Shown here: piece after piece, positions 46,601-58,600 of the stretch
Numbering within the stretch: the first letter of the stretch is position 1
How the letters are laid out: each line of letters begins with the position of its first letter
Source: Camelus dromedarius
Taxonomy: Eukaryota
Length of the DNA stretch: 64,000 nucleotides
Direction of reading: 5' to 3'
NCBI RefSeq assembly: GCF_036321535.1
Contig: NC_087437.1
Coordinates: 112,222,001-112,286,000, forward strand
The notes under the pieces: generated by a model
Seen by the model: the letters and a program-made list of their open reading frames with translations, nothing else
The model's database searches: none
What the model was told of the DNA's origin: nothing
Position numbers and translations under genes: made by a program

Positions 46601-49600
46601 TTAAAATTTCATTGTGTATTTCATAAAGGCAAGGATAACCTGTTACATCACTGCAGTACAGTTGTCAAGATTTGGCAGCCTTACCAATGATACAATACTT
46701 TAATCTAAGTCTATATTCCAGTTTTTGTCAGTTTTCCCAAGGGCTTAAGAAGGGGCATTCTGAGACTTCTTTTTCTCCTGCAATATATTTTCTAGCACTG
46801 ATCGGTTTTATAATCTCATCTCTGTTTTCTCCACTCTGTCTTGATAGCTCTAGGGATTTCATTATGGAAAATTAACTTCCCTGTCTCTCTCCCTGTAGTT
46901 TATTTTTTGTTGTTCTGTTCTTTGCTTCTTTGCCATTGGAGTAGACGTGTTTGGTTTGGGGTGTAAGTCTGTTAGGTAAATGTTCCCAGTGACTCCCCAG
47001 TAACTGGTAACCAAGAGTGAATGTGTGGGTTCCCAGTCTTCTCAGTAGATGTGCAGACTGAGCATGGCATGTGCTGGGTGTGGAAGAAATTTGATCCTGA
47101 AAAATCCAATTTACCCTTCTATGCCTCTGGAAAAGCTTTGTTTAGAATTTAACCTGAGCTGCCGCATAGCACAAACTCTGTTGTACGTGTGCATTGGGTA
47201 GGGATGGCCAGAGAAGATGATGTCATGGTGGTTTTTAATGTGTAAACATCTAAAATAATTAGATATAAATATGGGGAATGGATCATATTACCTGCTTAAT
47301 GGGAAGAAAAATATTTTTAAATATAATTTAAAAATGACCCAGTGAAAGAGACATTATTGCAAAACAACTCTCGAAGTACTCCGTGTTCCAGCCAATTGAT
47401 GCATTAGTTAAATACATGGAAGGAAATGTCCACCAGTGAGAAACCCCCTTAATGAAATGACCCCTGGATTTTCCCAATTGATGAGATGTTCGGCAGCCAT
47501 AAAGAGTTGATTGATTAGAGAAATGTTTGTGGTATATTAAGTGAAAAAAGCAAGATAGTAAAATAGTCTGAGCCGAGTTATCTCTGCCTGCTAAGAGTGC
47601 AGTGGAGTGTGGGGTGGAGCCCGAGACAGTGGAGTCTAAAGTTAAGCAGACCTGGGTTCCATGGGGCAGATTTCTCTCCACGCCTGCACCACATCTACAA
47701 AATAGGAGTGATGTCAGTTCTGCCCTCCTGGGTTGTGAAAATGCAATGAGATAATATTGATAAAACAGCCCTGCCTGACACCTAAGTGCTTATCAAGTGT
47801 TGGCTGTTACTTTTATCACCACCACCTTTTTTGTCGCCTCTGAGGGCAGTGAGATTGGTTTTGGCACCGAGATAGGAAGGTGTCAAGCAGACAAAATTCT
47901 CACTTTTTGCAAGGCAAGAACCTGCATTTCCTGAAGTTGGGCGGAGCTAATTATACCTCCTGCTGTGAAATTAGGTTGCACGCACCTGGTAGGTGTTTGC
48001 AAGCAGCCCTTTTCTTCCACTTCATGCTCTCCCTTTGGTGATTGGTGTCAGGGCTGGAGATCTGAGATCAACAGGTTGTTTTATAATTTTTTCCAGCGTA
48101 ATTGAACAAGAGTCACTTAAAGGACATTTTTGAAATCGTTGTGATATACTTATTTTGGCTAATCTGTGTATATCAACATTTCACAAACCAAGTCCCACAG
48201 TTTTCAGAAATATATAATCAAAGAAGGAAGCTTTTGGTCAAATATGTTGCATACACAACCCCTTTTTGGAAAGACGCGTGCTCATCAGGATAGGAACGTC
48301 TCTGAGAAGTTCTGTTGTAAAAACAGACACTTATTTATATCTCACCCAGTTTTTGCCCTGAACTGGTTGAGCATTGGGATGGATTATTTTTGAAATGTCT
48401 TATGATACCTCAAGGATCATTAAGATCCCATGAGGCACGGTTTGGAAAAAGCTCGTATAAGTGATACATACTCTTCATAAAAATTGATGATTAAGAATTT
48501 GCCTTATTTTCTCATTACCCTCTGGTAATCTTCAGTAGCAGGAAGAATAAACCACCAGGCAGCCTCAGAGACTCAGGTTAGAACTCTCATGATTTTTTTC
48601 TGATTTTCTAGTTATAGGAAATTCCAAGATGTATGCACGAGTACTGTTTTGACGGAATGTGACTTCTCAAGTCTTTCCAAGTATGGTGACCACACCTTGA
48701 GAGTCAGGGCTGAATTTGCAGATGAGCATTCAGACTGGATAAACATCACCTTCTGTCCTGTGGATGACAGTAAGCCACGATGGTTTTTATTTTGTTGTAA
48801 TGTCATCTTGCCTTGGTTGTTTCCCCCTTGGGTGTCCCATCAGCAAGAATTCTTTGCCCACAAAGTGAATGGCCTTGCACATCGAACTTAGGGGATATGA
48901 TAAAGAGGGCTGTGGCCTTGAAGAAGTTTGTGGAGATAGGAAAGGATAGGCATAAGTCAATAAGATAATTAAATAGAAATTTGAGTTGGGGAGGGTATAG
49001 CTCAAGTGGTAGAGCGCATGCTTAGCATGCAGGAGGTCCTGGATTCAGTCCCAGTACCTCCTCTAGAAATAAATAAATAAACCTAATTGCCCACCCCCGC
49101 CCCCTGCAAAAAAGAAAAGAAATTTGATAACTTGAATGCCTTGAGAATAAAAACAAGTTGGGGCTTTGTGGGTATAGCTCAGTGGTAGAGCGCATGCTTA
49201 GCATGTACAAGGTCCTGGGTTCAATCCCTGGTACTCCATTAAAAAGAAAAAAAAATGAGTTGGGTCCAGTGCTGTTGATGAGAAACATTGGAAGGATTAG
49301 TGTGGTGAATTTTCTACAAGGAAGGCAGTTTGGAATCATGACTTAAAGAAATGTGACACAATAGACAGAAGAATGAAGATTGATTTTAGGCAGGTGTTGA
49401 GACAGAAAGAGCAGATCAGACAGCCAGCTTGCCCGGCATGAAGGCCAGAGGAATGGGCACAGCTGATGGCAGGTGGGTTGGGTCAGGCTGGCCAGTAGGC
49501 ATCAAAAAGAATGTTCCAGGGTTAGATCTGGAGGGTCCTGGGGACCCACCAGAGGCCATGAGATAAACATCATTAGAATATCAGGAACTGAAAACTAAAA

Positions 49601-52600
49601 CACCATTTAGCAATTGAGAGAATAAAGAGGATAAGAATCTCATTAATAAGACTCAAGTACAGCCCTCCAAAGAGCAGACAGACGCATCAGGAGGATTGTC
49701 CACGTAGGGAGGGGTCTTTATCCTAACCACGCCCCTGCTCGGACCCTCAGGGCTCCCCCAATTTCCCTCTCCATGGTAGGGAATGTGGCTAGAATATCTG
49801 CCCATTCCTAATTTTGTCCCAGGCTTGGACAAAAAAAAACTATCTTATTTTTGGAGTCAGAAACTATCAAAGTGATGTTATCTTTTCTAAAAGTCTCTTG
49901 ATAGATACTAAGAAAAAACGAACATTTGAAAATACAAACAGCTTAACAATTGAACTGACTTACCAGTTCCTTACTGGTTCCAAATCCTGTTTGAGGGCCA
50001 TTCTATGGAAGTTCTCTTTAGAAACTGATACTGGATAGATAAGCAGTTTGCCCCAAGGTCACTCAGGTATCAGATGGCAGCGCAAGGATTCAGGCCCAGG
50101 CTCCCCCATCTGTGCTGTTAGCAACAACTGCCCCAGGTTGGCTGTTTGCCTCTTGAAGTTTACATGATGGGAAAGTGCTTCAAGATGTCATGTGGAACCT
50201 GTTTATACTTGCTTCAGAAAAAATATCTAATAGGTTTTCTTATCTGGTTTTCAGCCATCAGCAGATTAGAAATGGGGTAGAATGCCAGAAGCAGACCCAT
50301 TAGCAGCCCCCAAAGTGTCACAGCAGCCAGAGAAGAATACAGGCTATAACACAAACAGAACAGTGGCCCAGAGCCACTTACGATTCAGTCCACAGTTATT
50401 ATTGAGCACCTACTACGTTACAGTCATATTCGTAGTGCTGAAGCTACAACAGTGAACAAGACAAAAACCCCTGCCCCGGTGGGACACACATTCTAATGGG
50501 GAAGACAGATAATCAACAAACAGTTATGTATTTTATGATAGTGACTGTGGCTCTCTAGAAAATAAAGGAGGTACCTGGCAGGGAGAGAGATAGGAGCTGC
50601 TCTTTACATGGAGTGGTGAGGGACAGTCCTCTCTGAGGAGGTGGCAGTTGACCAGAGACCCATGGGACATCATGGGAATATCTAGTAAAAGAGCTTTTGG
50701 GAAAGGAGCAGCTTCAGACCTTGTAGGAAAATGTGTATGGTTAATTATATATGTTCAACACTAAAGATAATAGAAATGCCATCTGTCGCTTCCAACTCAG
50801 TAAAGGAAATAAAGAAAATTCAACCCAACAGAAAGAAAAGGAGAGGAACAAGCCCCCCAAAAAGCAGTCTTTACAGAACACACAAAGTAATGTAGTTGGA
50901 ATAATTCCAAATCAGAAATTACACTAAACATAAATGAACTAAACCTGATTAATAAAGGCAACAGTTAAAAGATTAGTTTTTTTTTTTAAGAAGCAAAATC
51001 CAACTATCCTTCTTAACCACATCAGTCAGTGTCTCTGCAACAGTGTCTCAAAGGGCAGAGTGCTTCAGTAGACCAGTTGGTCTGCCCAGTTGCAGAAGAT
51101 AAATGTTGATTTTTTTTAACATGTGAATTTTGATTGTCATTTTGTTGTGTTCTCATACTTAGCTATTATTGGACCTCCTGGAATGCAAGTAGAAGGGCTT
51201 GCTAATTCTTTACATCTGCGTTTCTTAGCCCCCAAAATTGAGAAAGAACCTGAAACATGGACTATGAGGAATATTTATAACTCATGGGCTTATCATGTGC
51301 AATACTGGAAAAATGGATCTGATGAAAAGGTAAGCTGGGTGAATCATATGCATGTCAGATGTAAGCTCCCTGCCTTACTCAGTGTTGATCTGAGGCCATG
51401 ACAATGGAGGGAGGTTTCGCCAGATGGCAGCACCTTATGGTCCAGAGGATCTCAGGCCTAGTCCTTTGAGCTTTAGAAGCTTCCCACTTGAGGGATGACC
51501 CAACCTGTATGTCAGGTCACGCTTTCCAGGCCACAAGGGAAATGCAAAGAGCAGACTTCCTGGCTGCTGGTGCAGGGAGGGCTGGCCTTCCTTTCCCCAA
51601 AGGGAAGTTGCCAGAAAAGGCAGAGCTGACTCACCAGTTGGCTGGGAGAACTTGGAGTCAGCTGTGTCAGTGATCAGTGAATGACTACTGTTTCATGGTG
51701 TGAACCCCCAGGTCCCACGTACCCCATGGAATAGTCAAGTCCATGGTCAGGGCCACCACAGCCCTGGATAAATGATGTCACCTTTTACCTGACTGACCCC
51801 ATCTTTTCCCATTGCTTTCCTCCTCTTTAGGGGACAATTCCTTTAAAAAAAAAAATGGACCAGCAGGTGGGGGCTATAGCTCAGTGGTAGAGTGCATGCT
51901 TGATGCGCACGAGGGCCTGAGTTCAATCTGCAGTGCCTCTGTTAAGGAAAAAATAAATATATAAAAAAAAATGGGGCCAGAGGTGGAAAGACCCAGTTGG
52001 AACGTTGCCCCTGCCACTGTGTGACTCTGATTCTTGACCTCAGCTTGTCACGTCTGCAAAATGGGCTTGTAACCTACTTCATGAATAAAGCGGGGATAAT
52101 AACCTACTTCATAGGGTTGTTATGGAATTTAATGACACAGTGAAAAAAATTAACTTGTCCCATCGTCTGAACAATGTATGTGGTCAATATGTGAGGTTTT
52201 CTTCCCGTTATGTAGATATGTTAAGGCTATAATCATTCCTCTTTGGTCAAGTTTAATTCTTATACTTAGTGTTTCTGGGCTGAAGGCCATTTGTGGGCCT
52301 AAAATGACTTACATGTATGTTACATAAGTTAAGTTATATGCTGTCTTCTCTACATTAAATGTTGATCTTATCAGTAATTCTCAAGGATCTGGGAGGAAAG
52401 GGTCACCCATGTGTATTATCTGAGGAATGATATAATTAAATTTATATATATACACTGTATAGCCCAAAGAAATCTCAAGTGAATTTTCCCCCCCAGAAAT
52501 GCTCCATTGTGATCAATTCATAACATAAATAAATGTTGGATCACTATGTTGTACACCTGAAACTCATAAGATATTGTATATCAACTATATTTTAATTTTT

Positions 52601-55600
52601 TTAATGCTTCATTGAATGATACAGGATATCTGCCTTCACAGATAAGATGACTTTCCTCATAGTCAAGACCCCAGGAAATGCAGGCCAAGGAAGCAATACA
52701 GAATGATGAGCTTTATGGTCACTTATTGCATGCAGTTGTCCCTGCTAAACTCTGGGATGCAAAGATAACTCCTACTATGATTAAGGATCCCCTTCCACAG
52801 TTACCATGCCTGAGTGCCGCCTCCCACAGGCGCAAAATGCAAAACCCAGCCTATCTTTAGCTTCTTATCTAGAATCTGCCCACAGGATAGGCATCTGGTT
52901 GCACATTTGTCCCATCACTCAACCTGGCTGTGTGGAACGCTCTGGCGTGACATGCAGAGCATTGGAAAGGCTGCGTGCTCCCCAGCGCCCCCCTCACAGG
53001 TGCCTGCGGTGTTACCTTTAGCAGTTCGTATGTGCTATGGACTGAATGTTTGTGTTCCCTCAACCCGCCACACCCACCCCACAGATTCATGTGTTGAAAC
53101 CTAATCTCCAATTTTGTGGTATCAGGAGGTGGGGCCTTTGGGAGATGATTAGGTCATGAGGGTGTTGCCCTCGTGAACGGGATTAGTGCCCTTACAGAAG
53201 AGACCCCAGAGGGCTCCCTCCCTCATCCCTTCCACGTTGTGAGGACTCAGCAAGAAGATCCAGCTACAGACCAGGAAGCAGGTCCTCCTCAGACACCAGA
53301 TCTGCCCATTCCTTGATCTTGGACCTCCTGGCCTCTGGAACCATGAGAAATAAATGTCAGTTGTTGATAAGCCACCCAGCCCACCAGTCTGTGTCATTCT
53401 ATTGCAGCAGCCATAAGGCACTGTGGTTCCCTTTTCGCATGCAGGTGTCTGTCCCTGAGCAGGTACCCTAGTAGGTCCCTGAGCTGAAAACATAAAAGGC
53501 TTTTGGAAATTCTGTTTCTTCCTGAAGGGAGAAAGTGAGAAGATGCAACCAGCAGTTGTCCAGAAGTGAAGGAAGGCTAGAAAAGCAGGCGGAGGGGACT
53601 TGAGCAGGCCCCCTCACATCTGCGCCACTCTCTTCCCTGTCTGCCTCTTGAGCATCAGCCTCTGAGGTTAGTCCTGAAAAAATTGCACTGTAAGGTGCTA
53701 GAGATATTGGATTTCTAGAAATGACAGCTGGGGGAGGGGAGAGGTAGTTCTTACTTCTGTTTTTCATTATTAGAAGTTATACTGTGCTCTGCATGTTTTC
53801 TATGAGTATGATCCAGTTCTTGACCTCAGTGAGCTTAGCTTCTCATACAGTAAAGGACTAGAGATAAGAGGTCAGCAAGCCCAACGGCCCAAAGAAGAAT
53901 AACCAATTACCAAAGTGAAAAAGGAGTCTGCGCTCACTTACTGTGAAGTTCCTATTCACATAACAAATTTTACATAAGACCCTTCTGTAAGGAAATTATG
54001 ACCATGCTGGAAATACAGGCCGTACGTACTCTTTTAATTTCCTTTATTTTGCCGGAAACTATCTTGGTTTCTCAAATTCAGAAATATGTCATCAATTAAT
54101 GATACCAATTATGCTATTCCAATCAAGCTACGATGAGTCCAGGATATCCCCACCGGAGGCAGGCTGTGGCGTGTGCCCTCGAGGAGAGGTGAGCCCTGGG
54201 GGAGGGCAGCCCAGCTGCATGAGTGGAGAAGTGGTTCCGAGGAAAACATGATCTCAACTTAGAAAATCACGTTGAGTCTTGCTGTAGGTGTCTGTGTGCC
54301 TGCTAGCTGCTGAAACAAAGTGCACTGAACTGGGCGGCTGCAGCAACAGAAGTGTACTATCTCAAGGTTCTAGAGGCTGGAAGTCCAAGATCAAGGTGTC
54401 TGTGGGATTGGTTCCTTCTGAAGACCATGAGGAAGGATCTGGTCCAGGCTGCTGGTAGCTACTGGCCATCTTTGGGTCCTTCGCTTACAGAGGCATCACC
54501 CTGACCCCTGCCTTCATCTTTATGTGGTACTCTGTGTGCATGTCTGCGTCCAAATCTCCTCTTCTTACAAGGACACCAGTCAGACTGGATTGGGCCCCCC
54601 ACTGCTGACTTTGTTTACCTTGATTACATCTGCAAAGACCCTCTATCCAACCAAGTCATCTTCTAAGGTACCAGGGGTTAGGGCTTCAACATATGAATAT
54701 TAGGAGGATGAAATTCAACCCATTCAGCTGCTTTATCTTTTTTTTTTTTTAAGGGAAGTAGACATGGGGGAGGGTACAGCTCAGCAATAGAGTGCAGGCT
54801 TAGCATGCACAAGGTCCTGGGTTCAATTCCTAGTACCTCCACTAAAAAATAAAATAAAAAATTAATTAAAAAATACATAAAGAAACCTAATTACATCCCC
54901 CTTCCCCCCCCAAAAACAAAACAAAACAAAGAAAGTAAGATGGTTTGTATGTCATCTAAACTAGAGAATTCAGGAAATGAGATGGTTTGTGAGGACTGTC
55001 AGTCCTTGCCTCTCCCTTAGAATGGTATCAGGGTGCCCTGACATAAACTGGGAGGAGCACCTGCTTCCTGAAGTGAAGATTAGAACTGGTGAGTGTTGGG
55101 GAAGGAAAGAAAAGATGGTGCCCCTTTACTGCTGAGGCATGTTCTTATTTTTGTCTCCATTATAGTATACAATTACTTGTCAGTACGACTTTGAAGTCCT
55201 CCGAAATCTTGAGTCATGGACAACTTACTGTGTTCAAGTTCAAGGATTTCTTCCTGATCGGAACAAAACGGGGCAATGGAGTGAGCTGGTCTGTGAACAA
55301 ACAACCAATGATGGTGAGTCTTAAGATGCACCATCCGCAGCTCCCCCTCTCTGAGCGTCCCTCAGAGCTTTATAGACTCCCAGCAACTATCAGGGCTGGA
55401 AAGCTCCTGAGACATCACCAAAACCCCATGACTGACTACTTCATGCCGGGAGGGAGATCGCCACCCTCTGAGGCAACTCATTCACTCTTAGACCAAAGAG
55501 ACTAAAGGCAAGTCCTTCTACCCAGGGAGCTGAGGTCCCCCTCCATGCGGCCCCCTCCAATGTGCTGGTTCTGTCCCCTGGGGCTCCCTGAAACAAGTCT

Positions 55601-58600
55601 CAGTCCTCCCAAGACCACCCAGCAAAGGTCGCGCCCTGGCACACACACCCAGGAGCCTTCCCTTCCCAGGCTGCACATCTCCAGTTTTTCCAGACACAAT
55701 GCGTGGGAGTTCGGAGGCTCTCTCACTCTCCTCAGCGAGCCGCTTTCTGGGTCCCTCGTGGATGCTGGCACCAGGACCTCATCACCATCCCTCACATATG
55801 ACGTGTATTGCAGCGTCTGGCAGAGTGCCCCAACACTTGGTGTTTCTTAAAAACACACACACACACACACACACACAAAAGGAGGAAGGGAAGGAGGAAA
55901 AGAGGGAAAGGCAGGGTACCAGCTGGCCTGGACCCTGATTATTTGTACACAGACGCATTGCAATTGCATACGAGGTGATAAAAACTTGTAGCCTGGATGT
56001 CTGCACACAAATGAGAGGCCTTTTTGCTATTTAAAGACATCCAGAGGCTCAGCCAGCTCAGACCATGAAAGGATGCACGGGTGCAGGTCTGCTCCTGGCC
56101 ATTTGCGTTCACGGAGGTCCTCCTGGAAGCAAGGCGCTGAACAAGGGGTCACAGAAACACAACGGAGAGTAAAGAATTCCCGCCGGCGAGAGTGCACAGC
56201 TTTTCATCTTCTGTGTGGCTGCAGTTCTGAGGCGGTCACGGGGCTGCCATCACACTGATTCATCATTTCAAGTTCCTGAATGTTGGTTTTTGTCACTGAA
56301 CATATTTCTCACCCGGTTTTGCTCTGTCTCACCATCTGATTTGCTGGGAAGAGCCTCAGGATCCTCACCAGGTTGTTATTTAAACTGTTGGTGTGTCTAG
56401 GACACACCCTCCTTTAGACTACTCAGCTGCTTGCTTACTGGTCCCCCATCCATCTGAATATCGTGGACTGTTATGCGCTATTTTGGTTTATTATCCACAA
56501 AGTCACCGTGAAAGACTTTGGCAAAGTCTAGTATCAGCTAAAATCAACAGCCAGTGCCAAGCGCAGCACCGCCCCAGCAGTGTCCCAGGAGTGGCTGTCG
56601 GACATTTCACAAAGCAAGAGCCTGGTAGTCAGATGTGCTTGGAAATGATGGTACCCCACTTTTCCCTCTCAGAAAAGTCACCCTCTATATTAATAACATT
56701 TTTAGCGTATTAGATCTTTCAACACCTTTTTTGAGGATGAGCATTCCAAGGAAGACAGCTTGGGAAAAACCAGCCCATAATATGCCATTATTTGCCAATA
56801 AGTAATTCTATCTGGAAAAAGGAAAGGCAGCCGCTATTTGCTAACTTCTTGGTGCCCTCATGCTACTATTTTTAGTTGCTGTCCGTATCTTTTTTAAGTG
56901 TTTGTCATTAGCTCCTTAACAATCTATTCTGGAATGTTCGTATTTTCTTTCTGGACATCGCATCAAGTTTACCAGCCTGTAGTTTCCTGAATCTTGCTGT
57001 TGTTGAGGTTTTTTTTTCCCCATATTTTGTAAATGCACAAATTACTTCCCCGAATCCAGGATTCTGTCACTTGTCCCATGCACGTGCTCTTTTCAGTGTC
57101 ATCCAAAACCCTTTTACAATCGTATTAGCAAATTTTCTCAGGATTGCAGAGCCACAGAGAAGATGGAAATTCTTGCTGTGTCTCTGGAGGGAATTCTCTG
57201 TCACTCTCCTTTCTTTTTCTGTCACCCCCAAGTGCCCCACCTCTGTCAGCCCGTGTTCCTCCTGCAGTGGCTGAGCCTCTCAACAGAGCCTTTAAATAAC
57301 AAAAGCCTACCATTTTATTCCGCTCCTGAATCACGTGTCAGAATTCTGTACCTTGGGAACCTGCATCCTGCTTGAATCATTAGAGGCCCTCACCTTGGAA
57401 TCATTCCTCTTTCCTCTAAACACCCGCTGGCTGCTTCCCCCAAGCCTTGAGTACAAGCCCGGTTGTCCTGTGGCCTGTCCTTCCCCACCATGAACTCCAG
57501 AACATGTGACATCGGGCAAATCCTGAACTGCCTGGTGCCCCAGCCACTTCATCTGCAAAATGGGGGAAATAAAATGATGCTACCGCACAGGAGGGTTGGT
57601 GCTGGGAGGACTCCAGACAGTGCCCAGCGCAGAGTGAGCCCCAGCACGTATTAGCCATCACTATTATTAATAAGGACATTATTCATCTCATATCTTTAGT
57701 TATTCCTTAAGGTTTATGTCATGAAACATGGCATGGGGCACACAGTTTGACCAAAAAGAGAAATATTTCATGATTGTAAATGATCACCCATTAACTGACA
57801 AAGTCCAAACATTCTAGAAAGGAAAAAGGAAAGTATAGCCCATTGAAAACCTGCTTTCATCAAACATCATTTTGGGTTCGTTGAAACAGTTCTCTCATTT
57901 AAACCTCACAACAGGTCTTTAGTGAGAGCACTGGAAGGCCTTCTCCCCTTCCTCAGACTGGAAGGTGAAGGTTCAGAGAGGTGAAGTAACTTGCCCAGTG
58001 GCGCTCAGCTAGTAAATGACAGGAGGGAAGTAATGTCTGTGCCCACTGCCTACAGGTTAATTCCGTAGGTAAGTGAAGGTGCCGTTTCCCTGCGGGTGAA
58101 ACAGAGAAAGGGGTCCAGCCGACAGCGTGGTCGGGTAGACTGAAACCAGCTGGAGAGCTTTTTGTAGAGGGTGTGATTACTCAATTCCCCCACAATTCAC
58201 AGCCTGTGTAAAGCAGGGTCCTCTCCACCCCCCTCTTCTCCCTCGGGGTGAGTCACAGAAACACCCTTTGTATTTTGTCACCATCAACCACGTGTGTTCG
58301 TGGAATGTTCTTGTCTAAGATGCTGCGATGTCTGGTCCTGGGACCCAAGGACACCCAGGCACTGCCGCCCAGGGGTTCATCACAGTGTCACCAACCATGC
58401 CAGGGAGGGGCTTGGCAGTCCACATTTAATCAGTGTTGAGTGGGTGATTCTGATTCATGGCAAATTAGAGAACCGCTGAAATATTAAATGAAAAGACGGA
58501 TGGATGAGAAGGATCCTGGAACTTCCTCCAGAGCTGGGACATCAGATCTCAGGTTGGCCTCCTGTTTACAGCTGGGCGATAGCCTGGGGGCCTCCCCCGC

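Noticed and set aside
49168..49238. Apparent tRNA-Ala(AGC) gene
   Set aside because: Followed by poly(A) rather than a T-run terminator, has an imperfect acceptor stem, and belongs to the SINE family repeated across the window.
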